A DNA stretch of 64,000 nt, from IMG/VR virus record IMGVR_UViG_3300037501_000255; one strand, written 5' to 3'. This document shows positions 17,493 to 26,802 of the stretch, one piece after another; the first letter of the stretch is position 1, and every line of letters starts with the position of its first letter. A program made the translations under genes and the position numbers. The notes below the pieces were generated by a model. The model was not told where the DNA came from. It searched no databases and was given only the letters and a program-made list of their open reading frames with translations. Source of the DNA: a virus (taxonomy: Duplodnaviria; Caudoviricetes).

Positions 17493-18293
17493 ATGAAACA
17501 GGCAATGGGAGCATTAATGTTGGGAGCAATGATTGGCGATATTATTGGGTCGCCCTACGAATTCAACAATATACACACTACTGAGTTTCCTCTCTTTAGT
17601 GACAAGTGTAAGACTACCGACGACACCGTTTGCACGGCGGCTGTAGCATGGAAGCTTGTGCATGGCGGCGCCTATGAAAGCCGTCTTGTAGAGCTGGGGC
17701 AACGCTACTACGACAAAGGTTGGGGCAAGAAATTCGCGGATTGGATTAACGATGAGCAACGCAAGCCTTATTCAAGTTGGGGTAATGGAGCAGCAATGCG
17801 CGTTAGTCCGATCGGTTGGTGGCACTCGGACTTGCAGTCTGTACTTACAGAGGCCAAGGAGAGTTGTTTGTGCTCGCATAACCATGAAGATAGTTATACT
17901 GCTGCGCAGGCTGTGGCAGGTAGTATCTTCAAATTGCGGACCGGTTCCTCTAAGGATGAGGTCCGCACATGGGTAGCTGAGCAGTTCGGCTATGATCTAA
18001 CCCGTAAACTCGATGATATCCGTCCAACATTCAAATTTGAAGTATCATGCGCGAAGAGCGTGCCTGAAGCTATTATCGCATTTCTGGAGGGAAACTCATT
18101 TGAGGAGGTGGCTCGGTTGGCAGTCAGCCTTGGTGGAGACTCTGACACAATATGCGCCATAGCCTGCTCTTTGGCCGAGGCGTACTTTGAAGTGCCTACT
18201 ACAATACTGGTAGATGCATCACGTTTTATAGAACCAGAAATTATACACATATGGACGGAGTATACCGAAGCAGTTATACGGAGGCAGGCATGA
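17493..18293 (+). CDS. ADP-ribosylglycohydrolase (DraG/ARH family)
   Basis: GAMIGDIIG, TTDDT, GNGAAMRVSP, SHNH, GGDSDTICAIA. Confidence 0.93.
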   Translation: MKQAMGALMLGAMIGDIIGSPYEFNNIHTTEFPLFSDKCKTTDDTVCTAAVAWKLVHGGAYESRLVELGQRYYDKGWGKKFADWINDEQRKPYSSWGNGAAMRVSPIGWWHSDLQSVLTEAKESCLCSHNHEDSYTAAQAVAGSIFKLRTGSSKDEVRTWVAEQFGYDLTRKLDDIRPTFKFEVSCAKSVPEAIIAFLEGNSFEEVARLAVSLGGDSDTICAIACSLAEAYFEVPTTILVDASRFIEPEIIHIWTEYTEAVIRRQA

Positions 18294-18895
18294 GTGGCCT
18301 AGCAATTGTACTGTCGGGTCCCAGCGGCTGTGGTAAAACAACGCTAAGTCGTCTTATACTTGACAGTAGCGACAATATGCGTGAGAGCGTATCTTATACT
18401 ACCCGCCCCCCTCGACGCGGAGAAGAGGACGGCGTGCATTATCACTTCATAGATCAAGCGCAATTCAATAGGATGTCGGATGACGGCGAGTTTATTGAAT
18501 CAGCAGAAGTCCATGGATTTAGCTACGGCACGGGCGCAACCTCAGTTAAAACTCAATTGCAACACGGGCATGACTTATTGTTCATATTGGATATTGTCGG
18601 AGGTATGCAGATGAAGAAGTCTGTTGATGCTGTGACAATATTCTTGGTGCCACCGCATATCAACTCATTAGAGGAGCGCCTAATAAGACGCGGAACCGAC
18701 AGTGCTGATATAATCCAGCGTAGAATGAGCACTGCGCGGGATGAGATCCGACGTGGCGTAGCATCATATGACTACATAATACACAATAACAAACTAGAGA
18801 CTGCGCTTAATGATATTCTTGCTGTAATACGCACTGAGCATCTCAAACGTGCTCGCAGAGAAGATATCATTAAAAGCTTAATGGAGCATATATGA
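18290..18895 (+). CDS. gmk: Guanylate kinase
   Basis: SGPSGCGKTT, SVSYTTRPPRRGEEDGVHYHF, EVHGFSYGT, YDYIIHN. Confidence 0.95.
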   Translation: MSGLAIVLSGPSGCGKTTLSRLILDSSDNMRESVSYTTRPPRRGEEDGVHYHFIDQAQFNRMSDDGEFIESAEVHGFSYGTGATSVKTQLQHGHDLLFILDIVGGMQMKKSVDAVTIFLVPPHINSLEERLIRRGTDSADIIQRRMSTARDEIRRGVASYDYIIHNNKLETALNDILAVIRTEHLKRARREDIIKSLMEHI

Positions 18896-19203
18896 AGACG
18901 GACTCTTTGGCTGACTATACGATTAGAAATTGGAGCGACTCGCTGGATAGTTTCTGTTTTGATCACAATATATCCAACTCTTATTACTACAAAGAGCGTT
19001 CCGAGTATTTTTCAGGGTATCTAGATCATAATAAGATAGCCGGGGTGCTCAACGATCATCATGATAATATGGAGAAGCGGGTTAGGGCTCCTCTAGCAAT
19101 CTGCGATGTAGCCTTTGAGCGCATAGCCCATATGGATAGAGCTATCGAGAGTCTGCGGGTAGAGATTGCGAAACGTGATGATGAGATGTCCACTATACGA
19201 TAG
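18892..19203 (+). CDS. Hypothetical coiled-coil protein (last gene of + arm)
   Basis: Coupled to gmk; frame continues past TAG to 19248. Confidence 0.6.
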   Translation: MKTDSLADYTIRNWSDSLDSFCFDHNISNSYYYKERSEYFSGYLDHNKIAGVLNDHHDNMEKRVRAPLAICDVAFERIAHMDRAIESLRVEIAKRDDEMSTIR

Positions 19204-19274
19204 GAGATCCGCGAACTCGATGAATTGCGTGCATTGTCTGATTTAAAATAGACGCGGGTTGGCAGCGGCCGGCA

Positions 19275-19769
19275 TCAAGAGGGAAGGTTCGCCTTCCCTC
19301 TTCTTATTGCCTCAAAGGCTTCGGCTAGCGATAGAACTCCGGTGCGGTTCATCCACAGATAAATACCGTGCTCATAACACTTGCGACATTCTGATGGTGT
19401 AGCTGCTGGAATGTCTAAAACGCGGAGCGGATGCTGAGACTGGCGCAGAGAAACGGGAGAAAGATCGTAGCGGCTGCCTGCGCATGTGTACCCCATATCA
19501 TTTACTACCACCCTATACTCTTCATCGGGTTCACTTAAACTCTCTAAAGCATATATTGGGACATTACTGGCAAAAGCTAAGATTTTATCAGCCACACGTA
19601 AGCAGTACGGAATATTGGAATTAGGGCTAAGACTGGCTACAGTGATATCTCTTAGGGCAGAAAAGGAGTGTAGCGTCTCTCCTGGAAATTCAGCATTAAA
19701 CCCCATTCCTAAATCAAAATACCGCTTGAAGTAGTGATCTGCCAAAATGCGTCTAGTTCCAGGTATCAT
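19275..19769 (-). CDS. Hypothetical protein
   Basis: 164 aa ORF. Confidence 0.65.
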   Translation of the reverse strand: MIPGTRRILADHYFKRYFDLGMGFNAEFPGETLHSFSALRDITVASLSPNSNIPYCLRVADKILAFASNVPIYALESLSEPDEEYRVVVNDMGYTCAGSRYDLSPVSLRQSQHPLRVLDIPAATPSECRKCYEHGIYLWMNRTGVLSLAEAFEAIRRGKANLPS

Positions 19770-20076
19770 ACCATCCCCCGCCTACTAATGCCTGAAATTC
19801 ATCAGTATTACCTATATTATATACACCCTGACCCGCTCTACGTAGCTTAGTAGCTAATTCCTGCTGCATGTGGCCGGGGCCGAGAAGCAGATGGATATCT
19901 CCCGGCAATTTATTGTAGAGATCATCCATTACAAATTCTGCGTTGAAGATAAGACTACTATCATATACATATGGAGAGCCGTCCGCAATGTATGCTGGTA
20001 TGAAGTTGCGACCTTCGGGTATCTTCGGGCGACCAAAGACCCTGCAGCTAGCGACATCAATGAGGATGTAAACCAT
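19753..20076 (-). CDS. Hypothetical protein
   Basis: 107 aa ORF. Confidence 0.65.
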   Translation of the reverse strand: MVYILIDVASCRVFGRPKIPEGRNFIPAYIADGSPYVYDSSLIFNAEFVMDDLYNKLPGDIHLLLGPGHMQQELATKLRRAGQGVYNIGNTDEFQALVGGGWYDTWN

Positions 20077-20078
20077 GC

Positions 20079-20597
20079 TTAGATTCCAAGATATTGTTCC
20101 CTTACTCTATCTAAAAAATCATAATGCGTTTTTGGCCATCTCGGTCCATTGTTGAGGTGTTTTGGATACATATCTCCGGCTATGGCTCCATAGGCAACGT
20201 GTATCAATTCGTGCCCCAGAGAGGTACAGCTGGCATCTTTACAGTCTGGAGGTACGTAGACGTACATTCTAATCTTGCCATGCTCAGGAGGATACGTAAG
20301 TCCAAATAGTGCCGATGTACCGTCCGGGGTCCGAAAGATATGTGGTTGCCAGAAGATTGTCAATTTATTTAGAGCCAGGCGCAATGCCTGGCTATCATGC
20401 GGGAAGATCGGCTCCTCATTCCACATGTACTCGAATGTTAGTATGTATTGCTCAAAATCCATGCTAGGCGGCGGGGCGCCACAATATGAGATATCGTATG
20501 AACTCAAATGCTGTGTTGGGGTGCAATTGCGATATTCCGGAATATGAGCGACGCAGCTACATAAGAAAACCACTAGGAAAAGGAGTATGTTCCTCAT
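20079..20597 (-). CDS. Lipoprotein, putative zinc metallopeptidase
   Basis: Lipobox LCSC; LGHELIH (HExxH). Confidence 0.65.
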   Translation of the reverse strand: MRNILLFLVVFLCSCVAHIPEYRNCTPTQHLSSYDISYCGAPPPSMDFEQYILTFEYMWNEEPIFPHDSQALRLALNKLTIFWQPHIFRTPDGTSALFGLTYPPEHGKIRMYVYVPPDCKDASCTSLGHELIHVAYGAIAGDMYPKHLNNGPRWPKTHYDFLDRVREQYLGI

Positions 20598-20629
20598 TCC
20601 TAGTGGTATATTTTTATTGAACGATGGTC

Positions 20630-20917
20630 TTATTCCCAGACGGCTGGGTCATACTTGTCAATTTCTATGAAGTCCTTATATGTATACCCATCAGTAATCT
20701 GAGTATCTGAATTGAATTTCTCTAGTACAGAGGGGTGTATCATCCCGTAGGCGCTGCCGTCAGTGTATACACTCACAAATAGAACTTCTTGTAAGTCCTT
20801 AGTAACATTTTCTGATGCTGTAAACAATATACTTGGATCAAATTGACAATAGAATACTCTTTCGCCTGCCCTTAGAGGTTCACGCGCTTTTATTAATACC
20901 TGTTCAGGATGGTTCAT
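20630..20917 (-). CDS. Hypothetical protein
   Basis: 95 aa ORF coupled to map. Confidence 0.6.
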   Translation of the reverse strand: MNHPEQVLIKAREPLRAGERVFYCQFDPSILFTASENVTKDLQEVLFVSVYTDGSAYGMIHPSVLEKFNSDTQITDGYTYKDFIEIDKYDPAVWE

Positions 20918-21665
20918 GTGTTAATATCTCCGCTTTATTATTTCCTACCAATATAGTATGTTCGGCCTGAGCTGTTAGGCTGCCAGACACCAGAATGGCC
21001 TCCCAGGCATTTCTGAATGTTATCTTAGAATCGCCTTTACATAGAATGGGCTCTATTGTAAATATCATTCCAGCCTTAAGTCGCACTCCGGTATTGGGTA
21101 CACCATAATGTGGTACGTATGGCTGCGTATGAAATTTCCTGCCTATACCATGTCCAACAAATTCCTTAATTATAGAATATCCTTTTGAATTAGCATGCTG
21201 CTCAATGGCCGCCCCAAGAGAGCCGAGGTATTCGCCTTCAACTGCATGACTTATGCCCACATCCAAGCACTCCTCAGTCACTGCAATTAGCTCCAACGCT
21301 TCTGCGCTGCACTCGCCTACAGGAAAGGTGCGCGATGTATCTCCATGATAACCATTGAAAATGGGGGTAACATCTATATTGATAATATCTCCCTCGCGTA
21401 AAACTACTGCGTCCGATGGTATGCCATGACAGACAACCTCGTTAATACTGGTGCAAATATGAGCGGGGAACGGAGCGTATCCCCCTTGGGTATACCCAAG
21501 GGGTGCTGATGTTGCCAGCGCCTCGCTGGTCCATTCAGCTGCCAGGCGATCTAATTCGCCTGTAGAAATGCCCGGACGTACACATTTGCCCAGATACGCG
21601 AGGAGTCTGGCAGCCAAGCGTCCAGCTCGGCGCATACCTCTAATATCCTCTACTGTAGCTAGCAT
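20904..21665 (-). CDS. map: Methionine aminopeptidase type I
   Basis: CTSINEVVCHGIP, GDIINIDVT, GYHGDTSRT, FVGHGIG, FTIEP, AQAEHT. Confidence 0.95.
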   Translation of the reverse strand: MLATVEDIRGMRRAGRLAARLLAYLGKCVRPGISTGELDRLAAEWTSEALATSAPLGYTQGGYAPFPAHICTSINEVVCHGIPSDAVVLREGDIINIDVTPIFNGYHGDTSRTFPVGECSAEALELIAVTEECLDVGISHAVEGEYLGSLGAAIEQHANSKGYSIIKEFVGHGIGRKFHTQPYVPHYGVPNTGVRLKAGMIFTIEPILCKGDSKITFRNAWEAILVSGSLTAQAEHTILVGNNKAEILTHEPS

Positions 21666-22001
21666 TCATACCTTTCTTCTGGGACGCAGCATTTCGCTCA
21701 TAGACATCTCGTCTTTAGTTATGAACTTCGACGCCAATTCGCGCATACGCTTCCTGCTGCGCTCTTCTAGATGGTCAATCAACTGCCCTACACCTTTGTC
21801 TAAGCTACGCAGCTGTAAAGTGTCCCGTAATGTATGCAGACCGATATACCTCATGCTGTTACTCATCTCGTCTATAAGAGCATCTGGAGATGCCTTGGGA
21901 ATATTCAATAGTGAGACAACTCGCGCCTCGTCTGAAAATACCCTATCATATAGGTTGTCCAATACTTCTCTTGCTAATTCAAGCTTTTCCTCGTGAGTCA
22001 T
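21666..22001 (-). CDS. Hypothetical protein
   Basis: 111 aa, GGAGG RBS. Confidence 0.7.
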   Translation of the reverse strand: MTHEEKLELAREVLDNLYDRVFSDEARVVSLLNIPKASPDALIDEMSNSMRYIGLHTLRDTLQLRSLDKGVGQLIDHLEERSRKRMRELASKFITKDEMSMSEMLRPRRKV

Positions 22002-22025
22002 TACTACCTCCGTATAGATAGTAAT

Positions 22026-22535
22026 TTATGCATTGCCCCATGCACGATCAATCTCGTCGGCGATTTTGTTAAGCTCAGCTTTTAGCGCATCCCTTTTCTT
22101 TTGTAGATCTAGGATCTTCTTCTGCTTCTTAATTTCTGCCAGCATTCGCTTCTTTTCTTCGGTAGGCAGGCTTTCCCATCGCGTATGTTCCTCGAGCGCG
22201 CGCTCGTACTCCTCATATCGCTTTAGGTAAGCCTCTTCTGATTCTGTAAAGACATGCTGTTCTATTGCAATTGAGTTATTCTGTGAGGCCTTGCGCACAA
22301 CGACTCGCTCCATATCTAGACCCAGGGCCTTGGCCTCCGCCAGCAATTTTTCAATGAAAAGCTTTAGCGGCACACCCGCCTGCTCCTTGCGCACATAACG
22401 TCCATTGGACCACTCCAATTGTGGATCTGGACCTAGGGCAGCTGCAAGCAGCTTTTTAGCAAAAGCTTTCATCTTAAACTTGCGCTGCGGCTCAATCGGG
22501 CGCGGAGTTGATGGTGGGAGAATAATATTTTCCAT
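22026..22535 (-). CDS. Hypothetical coiled-coil protein
   Basis: Charged helical C-terminus. Confidence 0.7.
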   Translation of the reverse strand: MENIILPPSTPRPIEPQRKFKMKAFAKKLLAAALGPDPQLEWSNGRYVRKEQAGVPLKLFIEKLLAEAKALGLDMERVVVRKASQNNSIAIEQHVFTESEEAYLKRYEEYERALEEHTRWESLPTEEKKRMLAEIKKQKKILDLQKKRDALKAELNKIADEIDRAWGNA

Positions 22536-23090
22536 AGTTTTCCTCTAAGTATTTCTTTATTACAAATGCATGACCTGCTCGGTCATTAGGATCATCGAAA
22601 ACTTCATCTAGCGTTTGAGTAGTAATACTGCTGTCAAAATCAAATAACCATACATCGGTAATGGTCAGAATATCAGCTAGAGTTTGTAACTCACGGGTGC
22701 AGTAGCGATCTAACTTCTGCTCGTATATCGGTATATATATCTTCTTGCGAGCATCGACATATGATAATTTACCTAGACCATTTATATATGAGAATTCTGG
22801 GCGGGCGCCTTTACCCATTGGATACCGATGCGGTTTAAAATCAGCCAATCCAGCATCTCGCCAGGCCAGCCAGGCTTTGGAATTGTCGACATGTTCCGCG
22901 TAGCACTTGGTAAATTGCCAGAAATTCTCGACATTATGCGCGGTCAAATCATACAACCCAAGCGGCCCATGATTCATGAAGGGGAAAAAGCCTTGCCAAA
23001 GTCTGTTGATGTTGATGTTGTGTTGATTTTGAATGCGTTGGGCGGGATAGCTGCGCGGTCTTTTGGACCCCAAATATGTATGGTATGCAT
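22492..23090 (-). CDS. DUF6939-like phage protein (1-nt frameshift near 22981)
   Basis: NVENFWQFTK, HRYPMGKGARP, LSYVDARKKIYIPIY, LFDFD; true N-terminus MHTIHIWGPKD in the adjacent frame. Confidence 0.7.
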
Positions 23091-23395
23091 CATGTATCCC
23101 CGGCAGTAGCCTTCGCTACTGCCTCTACAATCATCTCAAAAGCCTGCTTATTTCTTCCGCGCGCATTTGGAGGATACATATCAAAATCCCCCACATCTTG
23201 CAGCACTGCCTTGCAAGCGGCCAGCAAGTCCGGAGCCGCAACGATAAGGTTGATATTTGCCCTAAGATTCTGGTTGCCATCTTCGATATTGAGCAGTCGT
23301 AAGCCATGATGATTGCTGTCGCGACCAGAATACAATCCCAGACCTTTGCCGTGCGCCTCAACGCTCCACGGTCCCGGCGTGTGTGTAAAGCTCAT
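23090..23395 (-). CDS. HTPGPW-family phage protein
   Basis: HTPGPW...ANINLIVAAPDLLAAC. Confidence 0.8.
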   Translation of the reverse strand: MSFTHTPGPWSVEAHGKGLGLYSGRDSNHHGLRLLNIEDGNQNLRANINLIVAAPDLLAACKAVLQDVGDFDMYPPNARGRNKQAFEMIVEAVAKATAGDT

Positions 23396-23408
23396 AATTC
23401 CTCCCGCG

Positions 23409-23964
23409 CTACGCGCATATTGCTCTAAAGGTTAGATTGATGCGTGGCTCGGTTATCCTTTTACGACGCGGAAGAGCATGTTTCCAATACTCCTGAGTAT
23501 GCCCACGCATGATTAATAGGCTGCCATGTCTTAGCTGTATCTTTAGTTCATTCGGCTTATACTTGTGTCTCAAGATGAAGTCCCGGGCAATACCTAGGCT
23601 GAGGCTTGCTATGATAGGATTTCGTCCCAATTCCCGCTCATCGTCTGAGTGCCATCCGACAGTGTCATTGCCATCCCGATACTTATTCAGTAACACCGAA
23701 TTGAAAGCAGCCTCGGACACTTCCTCTATTTTACTTTTCAATTGAAGCAAAGTTGGCGTCCACGGAAGCGGCAACAGTGGTATGCCTGACCAAGTATATG
23801 CACATCCTGGGTCGCCGTACCACTGTTGTAAGCGTGGCAATGGATGCGTTTTGTTGTAAATGGTGATATAATCCTGGCGCCATGCAAAAGCAGCATCAGC
23901 CTCAGCTGCTAAAGGAAGTTCTCGATTAGTTCAATGCCCCATCTATAATTGAGAGTTGTGACAT
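23409..23964 (-). CDS. alkB: AlkB/ALKBH2-3-like 2OG-Fe(II) dioxygenase (5' part frameshifted)
   Basis: PRLQQWYGD, FNSVLLNKYRDGNDTVGWHSDDE (HxD), HALPR, RINLTFR; N-terminus in shifted frames. Confidence 0.88.
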
Positions 23965-23981
23965 ATAGTTAAGCTTCGATA

Positions 23982-24360
23982 TCAATCATCCCAATCAAAA
24001 TCTGCTGCAGCTGGAAGTTCCTGTATCATTTCAATAATTGCTTTAATTAAAAGTATCTTCGGAAACTTCTAATTCCCTATTTTCAACTTTGACATAGCAA
24101 TGTATCATGCCGCTGATAGTCTCTAATAATCCGCCATATGATGATGATAGGAGGGGAATGGTGTCTCGCTCCTGTCGTACTGATTTTACAATTGCTGGAT
24201 TGTTTGCGATGCACTCAATCAATTGAGACTCAAGCTCAGCCCAATCGCATATAGATCTCCAGTCGGCCTGAGATGTGAGGGGTTTATCTGGGTTGATAGA
24301 ATGTTTCTCTAGGATGTTGCGCAGCTCTTCACTCGTCCGCCCATTCAAAGTCGTCGACAT
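23982..24360 (-). CDS. Hypothetical protein with acidic tag (needs -1 T near 24048)
   Basis: ORF 24043-24366 continues as LIKAIIEMIQELPAAADFDWDD* in the next frame. Confidence 0.55.
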
Positions 24361-24700
24361 ATTCAAGTTCCTCCCGCTCTACTTGTTCAATTTCCAGTTT
24401 AGCACCAGGGGCAGATGTGCCTATGCCAATAAAATCCACTCCAATCTCTGGTCGTGCAAGCATCTGACCAACGAAATGCGGTTCGCTAACCGCAAATACT
24501 ATTCCTGGCGGAATAATGCGTGAGACAATAAGGTCTGCACCGAAAACCGAAGCGAATTGTCCAGACCTTACCAGCTCGGCTGCTACCACAGCGCCCGCTT
24601 GAACGCCATCATGAATCTCCGGCAAAGGTTGCCCATTCAGCGTCTGCGTGTCTGCCGGTACGTTTACAAATGACCATTCAGTAATATCATTCAAAGTCAA
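24329..24700 (-). CDS. Major-capsid C-terminal-segment-like mini-protein with acidic tag
   Basis: ELVRSGQFASVFGADLIVSRIIPPGIVFAVSEPHFVGQM resembles EILQTGLYGHIFGADIIVSKVVPAGTAFACADPEFVGVM (recalled); ends EYVDDFEWADE. Confidence 0.7.
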   Translation of the reverse strand: MTLNDITEWSFVNVPADTQTLNGQPLPEIHDGVQAGAVVAAELVRSGQFASVFGADLIVSRIIPPGIVFAVSEPHFVGQMLARPEIGVDFIGIGTSAPGAKLEIEQVEREELEYVDDFEWADE

Positions 24701-24905
24701 AATACTCTGCGCCAGCGAAGATTTCCTCAGCCTCTTCTCGCGTCAGACCTAGATTGGCCAGCTCGGCATCCGAGATATCTGCGGCTGCACTATATCTATC
24801 CATGATATTGAATATTCGTTTGCGAATATCACATATTCTTATTGTTGGCTCAACAACAATATAAAATTCTGGAATAAGTACTCTTTTACCTTTTATAAAA
24901 TTCAT
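24687..24905 (-). CDS. Major-capsid middle-segment-like mini-protein with acidic tag
   Basis: IKGKRVLIPEFYIVVEPTIRICDIRKRIFNIMDR resembles VFGDRVTVPEFEVVSNPTVRIAEVKRRRFNVIDR (recalled); ends EEIFAGAEYFDFE. Confidence 0.72.
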   Translation of the reverse strand: MNFIKGKRVLIPEFYIVVEPTIRICDIRKRIFNIMDRYSAAADISDAELANLGLTREEAEEIFAGAEYFDFE

Positions 24906-24908
24906 ATC

Positions 24909-25253
24909 TTATTCCATGTAGGGCACTGCATGGCCAGACGAAACCATTAGTTCATTAACTGTGGTAACATCACCAACTGTTGGATCTGTAAGATATATTT
25001 GCCCCAGTAGCCTTCCGTACTTTTCAGACTTGTCTTTAAAGGTGCGTATTAAGACATCTTTATTTAGTATCTGAGCGGAAAGAAAGTCCCTCGCCTCTAG
25101 TCCGGCAAGCTTCGTGTCTCCACGCAACTCTGGGGCATTAATGCCATATAGCCTAATCGGCCTCTCGATCGAGACGAAACAACCTAAGTCTAGCCGTGCT
25201 ATGCACGAATCTCCATCGTAGACAGATAAGATTTTTGCTTTATACAGATACAT
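24909..25253 (-). CDS. Thermonuclease (SNase) family protein
   Basis: VYDGDS, RLYGINAPE, EKYGRLLG. Confidence 0.92.
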   Translation of the reverse strand: MYLYKAKILSVYDGDSCIARLDLGCFVSIERPIRLYGINAPELRGDTKLAGLEARDFLSAQILNKDVLIRTFKDKSEKYGRLLGQIYLTDPTVGDVTTVNELMVSSGHAVPYME

Positions 25254-25254
25254 A

Positions 25255-25668
25255 TCAACTCCACTTTGCATTTACAGATGGAACCAATTCGCGTTTGGTT
25301 TCGGCAATTTTATCATATGCCAGTCGGAATGTATCCCCCTCTATGCGAGCCAGGTCTAGCAATTTTTGTGCAACAGCAGATGTGGCCAATGCTACCCTAT
25401 CATCTTTAATAACCAATTCACGACCAGCTTCCGGTGCAACCTTGGACATCCATGCCATTGAGGCTGCCCAGCCCGCCACTACATCGGGGAAGTAATTAAT
25501 AACTAGCGGCTCATCTAATGTCCACTGGGTTAGGCAACCAATGCGATTTAGCCGGGCTAGAGCAAGAGTGAGAAATGTGTCTAACTCAGTATCTAGGAAA
25601 ACAACTTGCGCGTCTGCGCCACCAAGACGAACTAGTAACATGTTTTTGAGTGCTTGTGAATTGCGCAT
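25255..25668 (-). CDS. Diverged head-completion/neck-like protein
   Basis: VFLDTELDTFL..AL..LN...E.GRELVIKD resembles jumbo-phage neck protein VFDDE.L..FL..AL..FN...EKGRDFTISD (recalled). Confidence 0.45.
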   Translation of the reverse strand: MRNSQALKNMLLVRLGGADAQVVFLDTELDTFLTLALARLNRIGCLTQWTLDEPLVINYFPDVVAGWAASMAWMSKVAPEAGRELVIKDDRVALATSAVAQKLLDLARIEGDTFRLAYDKIAETKRELVPSVNAKWS

Positions 25669-25933
25669 ACTATCTCCGTTAGTGATTTGATGAGCCCGTC
25701 TAGTTCGAGCCCAGAGACTCTGTAACCCTTTTTTGTTGGAATTAATCTTATGTTGCAGCCTAAGTAAATGTCTATACCGACATCTAGTAGCGTAGGATGT
25801 TCCCACGGAGTTATCCTACACCCGTAGGGATGCAGAATCTCTTGTAAGCTTATGGCATCACACCATATGTCGTCCGTCCTACGTCTTGGACGCAAAAGAA
25901 AGTTATGCAGAGCTTTGCGGTCAGCCCTATCCA

Positions 25934-26206
25934 TCATCGCAGCTTAGATGCAAGTTCCTCATATCTGGCTTTGGACTGGGCGCCAATAACCTGATCTACC
26001 ACTTGCCCATCTTTAACACCGACAACCATTGGTATGCTTCGAACGCCAAATGCACCGGCGGTCTGATGATCCTCATCTACATTGACTTCTATTAAGTCAA
26101 GTCCATTACTAGCTGCTACGTCTTTTACCGTGGGCGCAACTACATGGCATGGCTGACACCATGGCGCCCAAAATTTAACTATGGCTGTTTTATTTGAAAA
26201 GTTCAT
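25934..26206 (-). CDS. trxA: Thioredoxin
   Basis: FWAPWCQPC, NVDED, GVRSIP. Confidence 0.93.
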   Translation of the reverse strand: MNFSNKTAIVKFWAPWCQPCHVVAPTVKDVAASNGLDLIEVNVDEDHQTAGAFGVRSIPMVVGVKDGQVVDQVIGAQSKARYEELASKLR

Positions 26207-26208
26207 AT

Positions 26209-26802
26209 TCACCATCCTTTAGGCACATTGCCGTGCAGACATGTAATTGTATTGGTGTACCACGGCATTGACATGAGACTCTCACCTTTAGAGTTCCTCC
26301 CCTCATCATCCGACCATGAGGGCTCCTGTCCCGGCTTTATTGAGTGCAATCCTGACTGGAATGGACCGATAATAAATGTGTGCGCCGCTACCCTACACCC
26401 TAAGAAGTTTGCCAAGTCTACAGCAAACTTCTTTCCAATACGTCCGTTGAATGTTGAGCATGTTCTGAACCACACTAGTGAATTACTGTGCAGACGATCT
26501 TTTAATACCAGCAGATCGTTATGAAATTGATGTCCAGGGATCAACGCATCTGCTGTTAGCGGGGTGCCATCAATATAGACCGAACCCGGACTGCCGTGCC
26601 CCCAGAATTGCCATACATCGATCTTTTTGTCTGGCTCAACGGTACTTAGCCAATCGAACGCCTCGCGCCATGAGGAAGCAGGCCGAACCAGATCCAAGGT
26701 TCGAAAGAGCTTATATAGCTTACCCCCAGCAAACCACGAAGTGGTAAGCCCTTCACCTGCCCAATCTGTATCATCGTATGTCATCAAACGTATGCCGGTC
26801 AT
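26209..26802 (-). CDS. DUF4347/caspase-like (clan CD) protein
   Basis: QFWGHGSPG and VWFRTCSTF (His-Gly / Cys dyad). Confidence 0.65.
   Translation of the reverse strand: MTGIRLMTYDDTDWAGEGLTTSWFAGGKLYKLFRTLDLVRPASSWREAFDWLSTVEPDKKIDVWQFWGHGSPGSVYIDGTPLTADALIPGHQFHNDLLVLKDRLHSNSLVWFRTCSTFNGRIGKKFAVDLANFLGCRVAAHTFIIGPFQSGLHSIKPGQEPSWSDDEGRNSKGESLMSMPWYTNTITCLHGNVPKGW

Noticed and set aside
12464-19250. TAG stop-codon reassignment (in-frame TAG at 12464 and 19201 followed by plausible coding sequence)
   Set aside because: Conserved genes such as folA and nrdJ end at TAG exactly where expected, and the other TAGs coincide with frameshifts.
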